Assembly: GCA_025057135.1 (NCBI GenBank)
Contig: JANWXY010000067.1
Location: 12,867-76,866 of the forward strand
Source of the DNA: Bacteroidia bacterium
GTDB lineage: Bacteria > Bacteroidota > Bacteroidia > SpSt-205
Length of the DNA stretch: 64,000 nt
Direction of reading: 5' to 3'
Positions 17,504-26,412 of the stretch are shown here, piece by piece. How positions within the stretch are numbered: position 1 is the stretch's first letter; every line of letters begins with the position of its first letter. Below the pieces are notes generated by a model. It was not told where the DNA came from. It did no database searches and worked only from the letters and a program-made list of their open reading frames with translations. A program made the translations under genes and the position numbers.

Positions 17504-20314
17504 TTGATATTTGTACTACCCATGCGAACTTCAATCTTCTTGATTAGCATTCTAATCGCCCAGACAAAAATTGACTACGCTGATAGCCTGCGTGAAAACG
17601 GCGATTATGAAGCGGCTTTCGCCATCTACGATTCTCTGAGGCGACAGACTAATATCCCGGATACCACCCTACTCTACCTATATCTCACAGGCGCAGAATG
17701 CCTGGCTAACCTTGAAAACCACCAGGAGGGGGAGAAGTGGATAGATGCAGGTATAAAAGTAGCCCAGCGTCTAAGAGATACTTTGGGATGGAGCACATTA
17801 CTATACTACCTCGCATGGATAAGAGATAGTCAGGGCAGGTTTATAGAGGCGGAAAGTCTTTACACACTCATCAAAGAATGGCAGGAAAACTTGGAAGGAG
17901 TTAGGAAAAACGCACTTTATACTCAGACTCTAAATAACTTAGGGCTCATAAAATCAACACTCGGTGATTACCGTGCAGCCGAAAATCTTTACCAGCAAGC
18001 CATCAGCATTCAGAAAGATATAGCAGGACCGGCAGATAGCGAATACCTAACAATGCTGGCAAACCTTGCCGTACTTTACTCTCAACAGGGACGCTATGGA
18101 ACCGCAGAAGCCATTTACAAGGAAATCATCCAAAGCATTGAGACACATTTCCATGCCAAGGGGAGAAAACATCCTGACTATCCAAAATTCCTGAGTAGCT
18201 TGGGAGAAGTCTATACTAATCAAGGAAGATATGCAGAGGCAGAGTCTCTCCTAAATCAGTCCGCGAGAATAAAAGCTCAACTATTCGGCACAGCCAATCT
18301 ATCTTATCTAATAACGCTGAACAACTTGGCTTCGCTATACTCTTTGCAAAATCGGTACCAAGAGGCCCTCACACTTTTCAAGGAAATAGCACAAATCATG
18401 TCGCAGATGGTAGGAGAAAGTGCTCCTTCTTATCTCGTCACACTCAATAATCTTACGATAGTTTATCAGAAGCTGAAACAGTACGAGGAAGCAGAAAAGC
18501 TCTATAAAATCACGCTGAGAAAGCTCGAGGAACGATTTGGCAAAAACCATTCAACTTATGCTATCAACTTAGGAGGTCTTGGCTCCTTGTACGAGGAGCA
18601 GGGACGCTATGATGAAGCAGAGCAAATCCTTACAGAATCTGCCCGGCTGATATCCGCCACTTTAGGCGAAAAGAACCAGTATTATGCCTTTACGCTTCAT
18701 CGCCTAGCGAGTGTATGGGGAAAAATGAAAAAATACGAGCAGGCAGACTCTTTGTGGAAGGCAGCCCTCAGGATTTTTTTCCAGTACTTACGCCAAGAGC
18801 TGAGTACTCTTCCAGCAGCTTACCAAGAACGCTTTTTGGAGACAAATCTCACAGGCAGGTTCAGAGATTTTCAGCAATATGTGGCGCTAAGAAGCAAACC
18901 GCCATCATCGCTTATTCTTCTCGGCTACCGTGTGGGGCGTAGTACTAAAGGGCTGATACTTACAGCCAGTGAAGGCCTACGCCATCTTGCCGAGTCCAGT
19001 CCTGATAGTAGCATACGCAGACTCTTTTTGCGCTGGCGAGAGCTCATGGCTCAGTATGCAGCGCTTGCTATGCAGGAGAGACACTCGGAGGCGGACTCAA
19101 TCCAGCGGCTTACTACCGAAGTAGAGCAGAGTCTACTATATCGTTTGCCTGAGATAAAAGCGTATTTCCCTGACCCCTTCTCTGAACCAGAACCCGAGTT
19201 GAGAAAAGACGAAGCTCTGATAGAAGTTATTCAGACTAAGGGGCAAAACAGCGTGCTTTACAACTTTTACCTCTTCTTACCTGAAAAGCGACGACATCGG
19301 TTACACTTGTATGTCCTCAGAGTAGATTCTGCATGGGAAAAGCGCGCGCAAAATGTTTATGAAATCTTGCGCTCACCAGAAGCGCAGCTTACCGCCTTGG
19401 CTTATCGTCTTCTTTGGAACTTCATAGATAGCCTCCTACCGAAAAGCGTGAAAAGAGTATATTTTTCGCCCGACGGTATTTATTATCGCATAAATGTAGG
19501 GACTCTTTACGATGGAAAAACATTTGTTGCGGATCGCTATGATGTTCGGCACGTGGCAAGTTCCCGACGATTAGTGCTCAAGCAGAGACAATTCCCATCT
19601 CAACCACCAGTAGTGATAGGTAATCCTGCTTTTGGTATTGCCCCGAGTGTCGGAGCTGGAACGGGAATGAGGGTTTACAGACTATTCCAAAGCGCCATAC
19701 CTCCCCTACCTGAGGCAGAGGCAGAAGCAGCCGTTGTGGCAAGGCTTTTAGGGGTTGAGCCTTTGATTGGCGAAGCAGCCACCGAAGAAAGAGTAAAGCT
19801 CCTCCGCAGCCCCAAAGTGCTACACATTGCGACCCACGGATACTTTCAGGAGGGTAGAGGCTCTCCGCTACTGAGAGCTGGACTTCTTCTCGCAGGTGCA
19901 GCAGTGTGGGATAGTCTATACCCTCCACTGGGTATAGAGGATGGACTCCTCACAGCTCGGGAAGTATCCAGCATGAACCTTTTAGGAACCGAGCTGGTAA
20001 CACTCTCTGCATGTGAGACGGGATTGGGAGACATCACCGGAGAGGGGCTATATGGACTGCAAAGAGCCTTTTTAGAGGCAGGAGCCAAGCGAGTGATCGC
20101 TACCTTATGGCCAATAGACGATGCAGCTACACGCGAAATCATGACTTCTTTTTATCAAAAATGGACCACGGCCCTAAAAAGCAATTCGTCTCCCACGAAG
20201 TACTCAGATAAGGGGGAAGAGATTATAGATCAAGCCTTTGCCGATGCTCTCAGAGATTTTCGTCGGCGATATAAATCACCCTATTATTGGGGAGCATTTA
20301 TTCTGATGCGATAA
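17504..20314 (+). CDS. TPR-repeat protein with C-terminal CHAT (caspase-like) protease domain
   Basis: 936 aa. It has a signal-peptide-like N-terminus (MRTSIFLISILIAQ) and about 10 TPR-like repeats (LNNLGLIKSTLGDYRAAENLYQQAISI..., repeated). The C-terminal domain carries the CHAT His (VLHIATHGYF) and Cys (LVTLSACETGLG) dyad. GC content is visibly lower than in flanking genes. Confidence 0.8.
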   Translation: MIFVLPMRTSIFLISILIAQTKIDYADSLRENGDYEAAFAIYDSLRRQTNIPDTTLLYLYLTGAECLANLENHQEGEKWIDAGIKVAQRLRDTLGWSTLLYYLAWIRDSQGRFIEAESLYTLIKEWQENLEGVRKNALYTQTLNNLGLIKSTLGDYRAAENLYQQAISIQKDIAGPADSEYLTMLANLAVLYSQQGRYGTAEAIYKEIIQSIETHFHAKGRKHPDYPKFLSSLGEVYTNQGRYAEAESLLNQSARIKAQLFGTANLSYLITLNNLASLYSLQNRYQEALTLFKEIAQIMSQMVGESAPSYLVTLNNLTIVYQKLKQYEEAEKLYKITLRKLEERFGKNHSTYAINLGGLGSLYEEQGRYDEAEQILTESARLISATLGEKNQYYAFTLHRLASVWGKMKKYEQADSLWKAALRIFFQYLRQELSTLPAAYQERFLETNLTGRFRDFQQYVALRSKPPSSLILLGYRVGRSTKGLILTASEGLRHLAESSPDSSIRRLFLRWRELMAQYAALAMQERHSEADSIQRLTTEVEQSLLYRLPEIKAYFPDPFSEPEPELRKDEALIEVIQTKGQNSVLYNFYLFLPEKRRHRLHLYVLRVDSAWEKRAQNVYEILRSPEAQLTALAYRLLWNFIDSLLPKSVKRVYFSPDGIYYRINVGTLYDGKTFVADRYDVRHVASSRRLVLKQRQFPSQPPVVIGNPAFGIAPSVGAGTGMRVYRLFQSAIPPLPEAEAEAAVVARLLGVEPLIGEAATEERVKLLRSPKVLHIATHGYFQEGRGSPLLRAGLLLAGAAVWDSLYPPLGIEDGLLTAREVSSMNLLGTELVTLSACETGLGDITGEGLYGLQRAFLEAGAKRVIATLWPIDDAATREIMTSFYQKWTTALKSNSSPTKYSDKGEEIIDQAFADALRDFRRRYKSPYYWGAFILMR

Positions 20315-20451
20315 AGAAGTGCAGGATACCGCGCTATCCCGACACATTACCTCTAATAAAGCTATACCCCCCTCTACCTGCGCTGAAAGCGGCTTCCGCC
20401 TTTTTCCCTGGCCGGCGACTTTACCTCGTTATTCAAACTACCTTTGCAAAT

Positions 20452-21888
20452 ATGCGGAAGGTTCTACCGCTCGTAGCGATAGGAATAATCTCGGGAATAG
20501 TAGCCGCTTCGGTAACAGTTGCCTTTTTTTACTCAAAGCGCTCTACCTCTTCAGATTCTCTCATGACAGCTCCCACTGTTATTGTTCCCATTCGGCCGCT
20601 CCGAATGGAAAGTGGCCCAGGAGACGCCAGCTTTGTACAAGCCGCTCAGAGAGCCACGCCTTCTGTGGTATTCATTCGAGCCTACGGGGAAAGGACTGCG
20701 GGAGATGATTTTTGGAGCTACTGGGGACTTTGGATGCCTCGCACCCACCAAGTCTATAGCGCGGGCTCAGGCGTCGTTTGGAGTGCAGATGGGTATATCG
20801 TAACCAATTACCACGTCGTAAGAGATGCCAATCGTATTCTCGTAACCTTTTCAGACAAACGCACACTGGAAGCCCAACTGGTCGGTGCAGATGCAGGCGT
20901 AGATATTGCTGTACTGAAAGTCAAAGCCTCTGCCCTCACCCCTCTACCATTAGCGAACTCCGACTCAATCCAAATAGGCGAATGGGTACTCGCCATAGGT
21001 AATCCCTACAATCTTACTTACACGGTCACAGCAGGGATCATCAGCGCACGCGGACGCAATCTCAATCTCCTGCAGGGGCCTTTACCCTTAGAGTCCTTTT
21101 TACAGACCGATGCAGCTATCAATCCAGGTAATAGTGGCGGCGCCTTAGTCAATCTCCGCGGTGAACTCGTAGGAATCAATACAGCCATCGCTTCTCGTAC
21201 AGGCTCATATGTAGGTTATGGCTTTGCAATCCCTATCAATATCGTTCGTAAGGCTGTTGAAGACCTAAAAGGACATGGCATCGTACAACGAGCTTTTCTG
21301 GATGCAGAGATAGTAGATTTAGCAGAGGACCGCATTGGTGATATTTCCCCAGAAGCTTTACAGGGGTTGTATATCGGACGAGTATATCCGGGCGGTGCAG
21401 CAGAGAAAGCTGGCTTGCGTTCAGGGGATATACTGATTGCCATAGATGGGGTAAATGTTCATACCCAAGCCGAATTCTTAGAGCGTCTCGCTCAGAAACG
21501 CCCCGGAGACAGAGTCAAAATCTTCTATCGCCGCAATGGCAAGCAGTACGAAACCACGGCCATTCTGACAAACGAAGACGGAGAGCCTACCCTTCTAAAG
21601 CGAGAAATATATCGGTCTGAAGCTCTGGGAGCGGACATTTCCCCTTTGAGCACAAGGGAATCACAACGCCTCGGTATCAGTCAGGGCTATCGCATTCAAA
21701 ACTTACGCAGTGGAATTTTCAGCCAAATGGGACTACCAGAAGGTTTTATTTTACTGAAAATCAACGGCTACACTCCCCAGTCGCCCAGAGAAGTAGAGGA
21801 GATACTTCAAAAAATACGCGGACGACTGACCATAGAAGGCATAGATGCGCAGGGGCGTCGGTTATATCTGAATTTTAGCATGCGGTGA
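20452..21888 (+). CDS. HtrA/DegP-family periplasmic serine protease with two PDZ domains
   Basis: It has a trypsin-like catalytic triad (His in TNYHVV, Asp in DIAVLK, Ser in GNSGGALVN), an N-terminal TM anchor (VLPLVAIGIISGIVAASVTVAFF) and two PDZ-like regions. The track ORF starts at 20287 inside the CHAT gene. The ATG at 20452 (MRKVLPL...) is more plausible. Confidence 0.85.
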   Translation: MRKVLPLVAIGIISGIVAASVTVAFFYSKRSTSSDSLMTAPTVIVPIRPLRMESGPGDASFVQAAQRATPSVVFIRAYGERTAGDDFWSYWGLWMPRTHQVYSAGSGVVWSADGYIVTNYHVVRDANRILVTFSDKRTLEAQLVGADAGVDIAVLKVKASALTPLPLANSDSIQIGEWVLAIGNPYNLTYTVTAGIISARGRNLNLLQGPLPLESFLQTDAAINPGNSGGALVNLRGELVGINTAIASRTGSYVGYGFAIPINIVRKAVEDLKGHGIVQRAFLDAEIVDLAEDRIGDISPEALQGLYIGRVYPGGAAEKAGLRSGDILIAIDGVNVHTQAEFLERLAQKRPGDRVKIFYRRNGKQYETTAILTNEDGEPTLLKREIYRSEALGADISPLSTRESQRLGISQGYRIQNLRSGIFSQMGLPEGFILLKINGYTPQSPREVEEILQKIRGRLTIEGIDAQGRRLYLNFSMR

Positions 21889-23168
21889 TATTGCCCGAAG
21901 CTTTTGTTGTGCGGATGCGCGCTCGGCTTCAAGAGGAAGCGGAGCCTTTCTTTCATGCGCTTCAAGCCCCTCCAAATGTGACCATTCGCCTCAATCCCTA
22001 TAAAGGGAAAAATCTATTCCCAGAAGCGCGGTGCGTGCCCTGGCATCCCCTCGGCCGAGTACTCCATCAGCGCCCAGATTTTGAGCATTCCCCCCTTTGG
22101 CATGCGGGCGCTTACTATGTCCAAGAAGCCTCCGGTATGAGCTTGAGAAACTTCCTGCCCGAGCGTCGCCCTCTGCGAGTGCTTGACCTGAGCGCAGCAC
22201 CAGGCGGGAAATCCACCCTCATCCTGGGAGAACTCGGCCTTGAAGGCGGTTTGCTCATCGCCAATGACCCTGACCCTAAGCGGCGAGCAGCCCTGCGCGA
22301 AAACTTGGAGCGGTGGGGCATTCCCTCCTACTTCATCACGGGACGCCACCCCCAGTATTGGGCTCAGCGTTATCCAGAAGCATTTGATGTGGTAGTTTTA
22401 GATGCTCCCTGTTCAGGAGAAGGGCTATGGCGTAAGGATGACCGGGCAATTTGTCAGTGGAGCCCCCAAGGAGTGAAGCGTATGCAGCGTTTCCAACGAA
22501 GTTTGCTATTCGCAGCAAAAGCCCTTGTGGCCCCTGGGGGAAGGCTGATTTACTCTACCTGCACTTTCGCCCCCGAAGAGAACGAGGACAATCTCGCCTT
22601 CGCCTTCGCCAATGATGCCTCATGGCATCCCGTATTTTGGGAAACTGCCCCTCCTGAGGTTATCCGCGTGCGATATGCTGGGGAAGGCATTGGCTACTAT
22701 TTCTACCCGCATCGCTGTATAGGGGAGGGGTTTTTTATTTCTGCTTGGGGAAAAGAAGGTCGTCCAGCTCTGTACTCTAAACCCTACAAAACTGTCAGCT
22801 CCCCTTTTCTTCTACCCAAAAACATCCGAGCCATCAAAAGGGGAGAACAGTTCTACGCTTTGACGGAAAGTGCGATAGCCTGCTCCCTTCCAGATTGGGA
22901 TAAAGAGATTTGGGAGGCCTTTCCTATATGGGAGCATGCCCGTCCTACCCATGCAGCTGCACTTCTGGCAGCCGTAGAATATCCCAACTTTCCCGAACGG
23001 CCGCTATCTACCGAAGAGTTTATGCATTATCTCGCTGGGCGCCATTTCAATCCACAGGCTGCGCTTGAGTGGGTTACTGTATCAGGATTAGGAGTTGGCT
23101 GGCTGTATAAAGGGCGACCCTCTCTACCTTTCACTTGGCGGCGATTCCTCCGCCACTATCAGCCCTGA
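21885..23168 (+). CDS. NOL1/NOP2/Sun-family RNA cytosine-C5 methyltransferase (RsmB/RsmF-like)
   Basis: The SAM-binding motif is VLDLSAAPGGKST. The catalytic region is DAPCSGEG...YSTCT. The start overlaps the DegP stop (ATGA-type). Confidence 0.75.
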   Translation: MILPEAFVVRMRARLQEEAEPFFHALQAPPNVTIRLNPYKGKNLFPEARCVPWHPLGRVLHQRPDFEHSPLWHAGAYYVQEASGMSLRNFLPERRPLRVLDLSAAPGGKSTLILGELGLEGGLLIANDPDPKRRAALRENLERWGIPSYFITGRHPQYWAQRYPEAFDVVVLDAPCSGEGLWRKDDRAICQWSPQGVKRMQRFQRSLLFAAKALVAPGGRLIYSTCTFAPEENEDNLAFAFANDASWHPVFWETAPPEVIRVRYAGEGIGYYFYPHRCIGEGFFISAWGKEGRPALYSKPYKTVSSPFLLPKNIRAIKRGEQFYALTESAIACSLPDWDKEIWEAFPIWEHARPTHAAALLAAVEYPNFPERPLSTEEFMHYLAGRHFNPQAALEWVTVSGLGVGWLYKGRPSLPFTWRRFLRHYQP

Positions 23169-23579
23169 GTAGTAGTCGTGCCTATATTCTATCCGTTCAA
23201 ATCCTGCCTCCCGCAGCGCATCAACTATGTATTTCAGGTCATCCATCTCCTCTTCTTCCCCCAGATAAATCACAATCTGCATTTGAGGAACCCGCTCTAT
23301 CAGCGCCCAAAGCAGCTCATACAGCTCACGCTGAGCGGAAGAGTTGATATAGGACAGCTCAATATGAACCTCCATCTCATCTCGGAGCAGCTCTGAATTC
23401 TGCCGAACAAAAGAGCGCAGAGGCTGGAAAAAAACCGAGCTATTCTCTGGAAAGCAGGCACCTTTCAAAAATATAATGCACTTATCGAGGTCTGCTCCAA
23501 CTTCAGGTGTATATTGGCTCGCTGGAATATGCAGCTTCACTTCAGACAAAAATACTAACTCCTCCGTACAAACGCTCAT
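23124..23579 (-). CDS. DUF1987 / SiaC-like partner-switch phosphoprotein (orphan)
   Basis: 151 aa. The segments LHIPASQYTPEV...FLKGACFPENSSVFFQPL and IELSYINSSAQRELYELL line up with conserved positions of Pseudomonas SiaC (LHIPGTQSTPAI...GDSYPENSYELFGQV; LRLLYLNTSSIKAMMDIL). It is convergent with, and overlaps, the rsmB-like 3' end. Confidence 0.6.
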   Translation of the reverse strand: MSVCTEELVFLSEVKLHIPASQYTPEVGADLDKCIIFLKGACFPENSSVFFQPLRSFVRQNSELLRDEMEVHIELSYINSSAQRELYELLWALIERVPQMQIVIYLGEEEEMDDLKYIVDALREAGFERIEYRHDYYSGLIVAEESPPSER

Positions 23580-23620
23580 GGTTCCACGCCAGCAGCGCAG
23601 GGAATTTTGTTTTTCTTTGA

Positions 23621-24166
23621 TTGGGTATGGCGATCATATTAGGCCTTCCAGAGCATCGGCTTAGACCTCTCATTTGGGGGGTATCCGTAGCTATCCCACT
23701 CGTAGTAATCGTACTGCTGAGCTTGCCTCGGGTGAATATCGGTATAGATACCAGCTTTATCCCCCGTCTGAATGCTCTTATCAACACCTCTGTATCTATT
23801 CTACTGATTGTGGGCTACTTTCTGATCCGCCGGAAGCAAATAGCCCTCCACAGAAAGGTTATGCTTACAGCGCTTGGACTGAGCGTTGTATTTCTGATTT
23901 CTTATGTAATATACCACTTGACCCATGAAGAAGTACGCTTCGGTGGTACGGGCTGGATAAAAGCAATGTATCTGTTTATCTTGATCTCCCATGTTGGACT
24001 AAGTGTCTTTGTCGTACCACTGGCTTTATTTACTATCTATCCTGCGCTCCTTCACCGGTATGGCGACCATAGGAAGCTCGCCCGCTGGACGTTTCCGATT
24101 TGGCTATATGTATCAGTCACGGGCGTGCTAGTATATGTATTTTTGTCCCCGTACTATCCGACATGA
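23621..24166 (+). CDS. DUF420 (CtaM/YozB-like) family integral membrane protein
   Basis: 181 aa with 4-5 TM helices. It shows the DUF420-like arrangement, including conserved His in the helices HRKVML and ISHVG. Confidence 0.5.
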   Translation: MGMAIILGLPEHRLRPLIWGVSVAIPLVVIVLLSLPRVNIGIDTSFIPRLNALINTSVSILLIVGYFLIRRKQIALHRKVMLTALGLSVVFLISYVIYHLTHEEVRFGGTGWIKAMYLFILISHVGLSVFVVPLALFTIYPALLHRYGDHRKLARWTFPIWLYVSVTGVLVYVFLSPYYPT

Positions 24167-24426
24167 TGATGAAGCGTTGGCTGATAGCATGCCTTCTTCT
24201 GCCTCTGCTGAGCTGGGCACAATGTGCAATGTGCAGAAAAAACGCCGAAAACTCCTCTCCTGGTTTAGCCAAGGGGTTACGGGTTGGGATTATTTTTCTT
24301 TTCGCCGTACCGTACGTCGTAGCTGGAACGGTTGGCTGGTTGTGGTACAAACGCATGCGTGAGAGTGGACGGCTGGGGTCTGGTAGTAGAGACAGCGAGC
24401 GCGAGCCTTCAACTGGGGCTGCTTAA
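24162..24426 (+). CDS. Hypothetical small membrane-anchored protein with CxxC motif
   Basis: The MMMKRW start overlaps the DUF420 stop (ATGA). It has a signal peptide (LIACLLLPLLSWAQ), then CAMC, then a TM helix (LRVGIIFLFAVPYVVAGTVGWLWY). It overlaps the probable tsaB start, so it may be spurious. Confidence 0.3.
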
Positions 24427-24997
24427 GGATAAAGTGCCTTTTATAGGAGTGCGCTGGGATGCAGACTATCAGCATGGCGAAAAGCTCGTCGTCCTCACCC
24501 AGCAGCTTATTCATGAAGCGGGAATCGAGTGGAGAGATATCCAGTATGTCGTATATCATCAGGGACCTGGCTCTCATACAGGACTCCGCATCGGTCTAAC
24601 TGCGGTGAAAGCGTGGAGTCTGTCATTAGGTTGGCACTTATATTGTGTGCCTCTAATGTATGCCTTATACCAGTGGGCGGCAAAAGTCCTCCCGCACAGA
24701 GACAGGGTATTTACATTCTGGGAAACCAAAAAAGCCCTCTGGTATGGTCAGCTCTGGAATGAAGGTATCGCAGAAACCACCCCCATGCTCCTATCAGCTC
24801 AGGAGTGGGCAGAAAAAGCACACGATGCTCTCTGGGTCGGAAATCATCCCGAAGCGCGGTTATACCTTGAAGAGATAAGCTGGAAGCTGATCGCCGACGC
24901 TGCGCACACGCTCAACCCACGCACGACCCCCACAGAAATTGCAGAAGCAGTTCCTTTATATTTCCGCGAGTTTATTCCTACACAGCGTAAAGCGTGA
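24332..24997 (+). CDS. tsaB: tRNA threonylcarbamoyladenosine biosynthesis protein TsaB (YeaZ; inactive Kae1 paralog)
   Basis: GPGSHTGLRIGLTAVKAWSLSLGWHLYCVPLMYAL matches the TsaB/YeaZ core. The true start is probably an in-frame GTG at 24359/24365 (VDGWGLVVETAS...) rather than the ATG at 24332. Confidence 0.75.
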   Translation: MAGCGTNACVRVDGWGLVVETASASLQLGLLKDKVPFIGVRWDADYQHGEKLVVLTQQLIHEAGIEWRDIQYVVYHQGPGSHTGLRIGLTAVKAWSLSLGWHLYCVPLMYALYQWAAKVLPHRDRVFTFWETKKALWYGQLWNEGIAETTPMLLSAQEWAEKAHDALWVGNHPEARLYLEEISWKLIADAAHTLNPRTTPTEIAEAVPLYFREFIPTQRKA

Positions 24998-25416
24998 AGA
25001 AACTAAGTATCCGCCCTCTACATGGTCAGGAACTTGCGCTATTATCCCAAGTAGAGCTGGGGGACTCTCAGCGAAACTTTTTACCCAGTTACCTCTCAGA
25101 CATGCCGACTTCGCAGATTTGGGGGTTGTGGTCAGGCGAAACTCTGGTAGGTTTCTTAGAGGTAGTAGGTCAGCCCCCCTTACTGTGGATAGCTCGCATT
25201 GGTATAGATCAACGCTATCAGAGCTTAGGGTATGGGGGTTATCTTCTGTCCGAGGTAATAGATAGATTGCGCCGACGCGCCCGTATTCGGGAGCTGCGAG
25301 CCGCCGTACATGTTCAAAATCTCCCTGCTCAGCATCTCTTCGCCAAAGCAGGATTCATGCAGCTTCCCTTCATTGAAGGGGAAGAGGAGCTGGTATTCGC
25401 ACTTTCACTCAGATGA
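24994..25416 (+). CDS. GNAT-family N-acetyltransferase (RimI-like)
   Basis: 140 aa with the GNAT acetyl-CoA binding region (RIGIDQRYQSLGYGGYLLSEVIDRLRRRA). It follows tsaB with an ATGA overlap. A tsaB-rimI arrangement is common. Confidence 0.7.
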   Translation: MKKLSIRPLHGQELALLSQVELGDSQRNFLPSYLSDMPTSQIWGLWSGETLVGFLEVVGQPPLLWIARIGIDQRYQSLGYGGYLLSEVIDRLRRRARIRELRAAVHVQNLPAQHLFAKAGFMQLPFIEGEEELVFALSLR

Positions 25417-26272
25417 GCTTATAGTTACGAAACTCCCCTGGTCGCCAGCCAGTTTTATCTTCTATCCACTGTAAAAGCTGCTCACGTGGAGTTAGGCGAG
25501 CATTTTCCGGGGCATAAGAAAAATCCCATGCCAAGGGCGTATGTATTCTACTCATCATGACTTGGGGATGGGTGCCTTCATACCGCCGCAAACGATCAGA
25601 AGTAGAATAGACAAACCGCTCAGGCTTGTGCCGTTGTATCCACTCGTCATTGTGCCAGAATCTATTCATCTCTACAAACTTGATGAGCTGAGCTTCGGGA
25701 GGACGAACCCACCCATAATGAAATACTCGCCCACCGCTATACTTCACTCTAAGCTTGCGTCCGCTACGACGAAAGCCTTGGGCATCCTTGTAGGCACGAA
25801 TATCAGGGTAGGGTCTGATTATTCGGACTTCTCGTCTGTACCACCGCCTAGAAGCCCCGACCCATTCATAACTCCCATAGAAATGTAGATAATCAAAAAG
25901 TAGGCCCTCTACTCGCTCATCATCTTTCCATTGCAACATAGCCTCTCGGATACTTGAATAGTCCTCTTCATGAAGCACTTCATCCGCCTGCAAGATAAGC
26001 ACCCAGTCGGCTTTGGGCAGCATATCTAAGAGTTTGTTTGTCTCTTGAGCTAAAACCGCCCCGCCTTGACGGAGATTGAGGTCCCAAACCGACTCTATGG
26101 GAAGTATTCTGGGGTCTCCTATGGCTGCCACCGCTTCCCGAGTACCATCATCGCTTTGACCGACACTTACATAAAAAACCTCACATAACGGGAGCGCTGA
26201 AAGAATGGCCTCACGAAAAGGATAGTCCATCTTGACTCCATTACGAAGGATCATTCCACCCACCACGCGCAT
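25409..26272 (-). CDS. Putative GT-A-fold glycosyltransferase (family-2-like)
   Basis: 287 aa. The N-terminal YVSVGQSDDGTREA and an acidic ILQADEVL (DxD-like) are consistent with a GT2-like nucleotide-sugar transferase. No signal peptide. Assignment rests on weak motif similarity only. Confidence 0.45.
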   Translation of the reverse strand: MRVVGGMILRNGVKMDYPFREAILSALPLCEVFYVSVGQSDDGTREAVAAIGDPRILPIESVWDLNLRQGGAVLAQETNKLLDMLPKADWVLILQADEVLHEEDYSSIREAMLQWKDDERVEGLLFDYLHFYGSYEWVGASRRWYRREVRIIRPYPDIRAYKDAQGFRRSGRKLRVKYSGGRVFHYGWVRPPEAQLIKFVEMNRFWHNDEWIQRHKPERFVYSTSDRLRRYEGTHPQVMMSRIHTPLAWDFSYAPENARLTPREQLLQWIEDKTGWRPGEFRNYKLI

Positions 26273-26412
26273 GAGCCGAAGTAAGGAGAAATTTTGCAGC
26301 TCTTAGATTAGGGACCGTTCTCGCTTCTCGCACAGGCTCTGAAGGCCCAGGCTACGAATTGCTTTTTTAGTCGGCTCGTATCATGAGGGCGTTATGCATA
26401 AAGGCATATACT

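Noticed and set aside
20287-20451. Upstream extension of the DegP ORF overlapping the CHAT gene
   Set aside because: The TM anchor and the conserved protease region start from the internal Met at 20452. The extension would overlap the CHAT stop region in another frame.
26273-26412. Possible rho-independent terminator (GC stem followed by a T6 run) at about 26351-26376
   Set aside because: The hairpin plus T-run is on the plus strand, but both flanking genes are on the minus strand. In the minus orientation it is an A-run, so it cannot terminate either gene.
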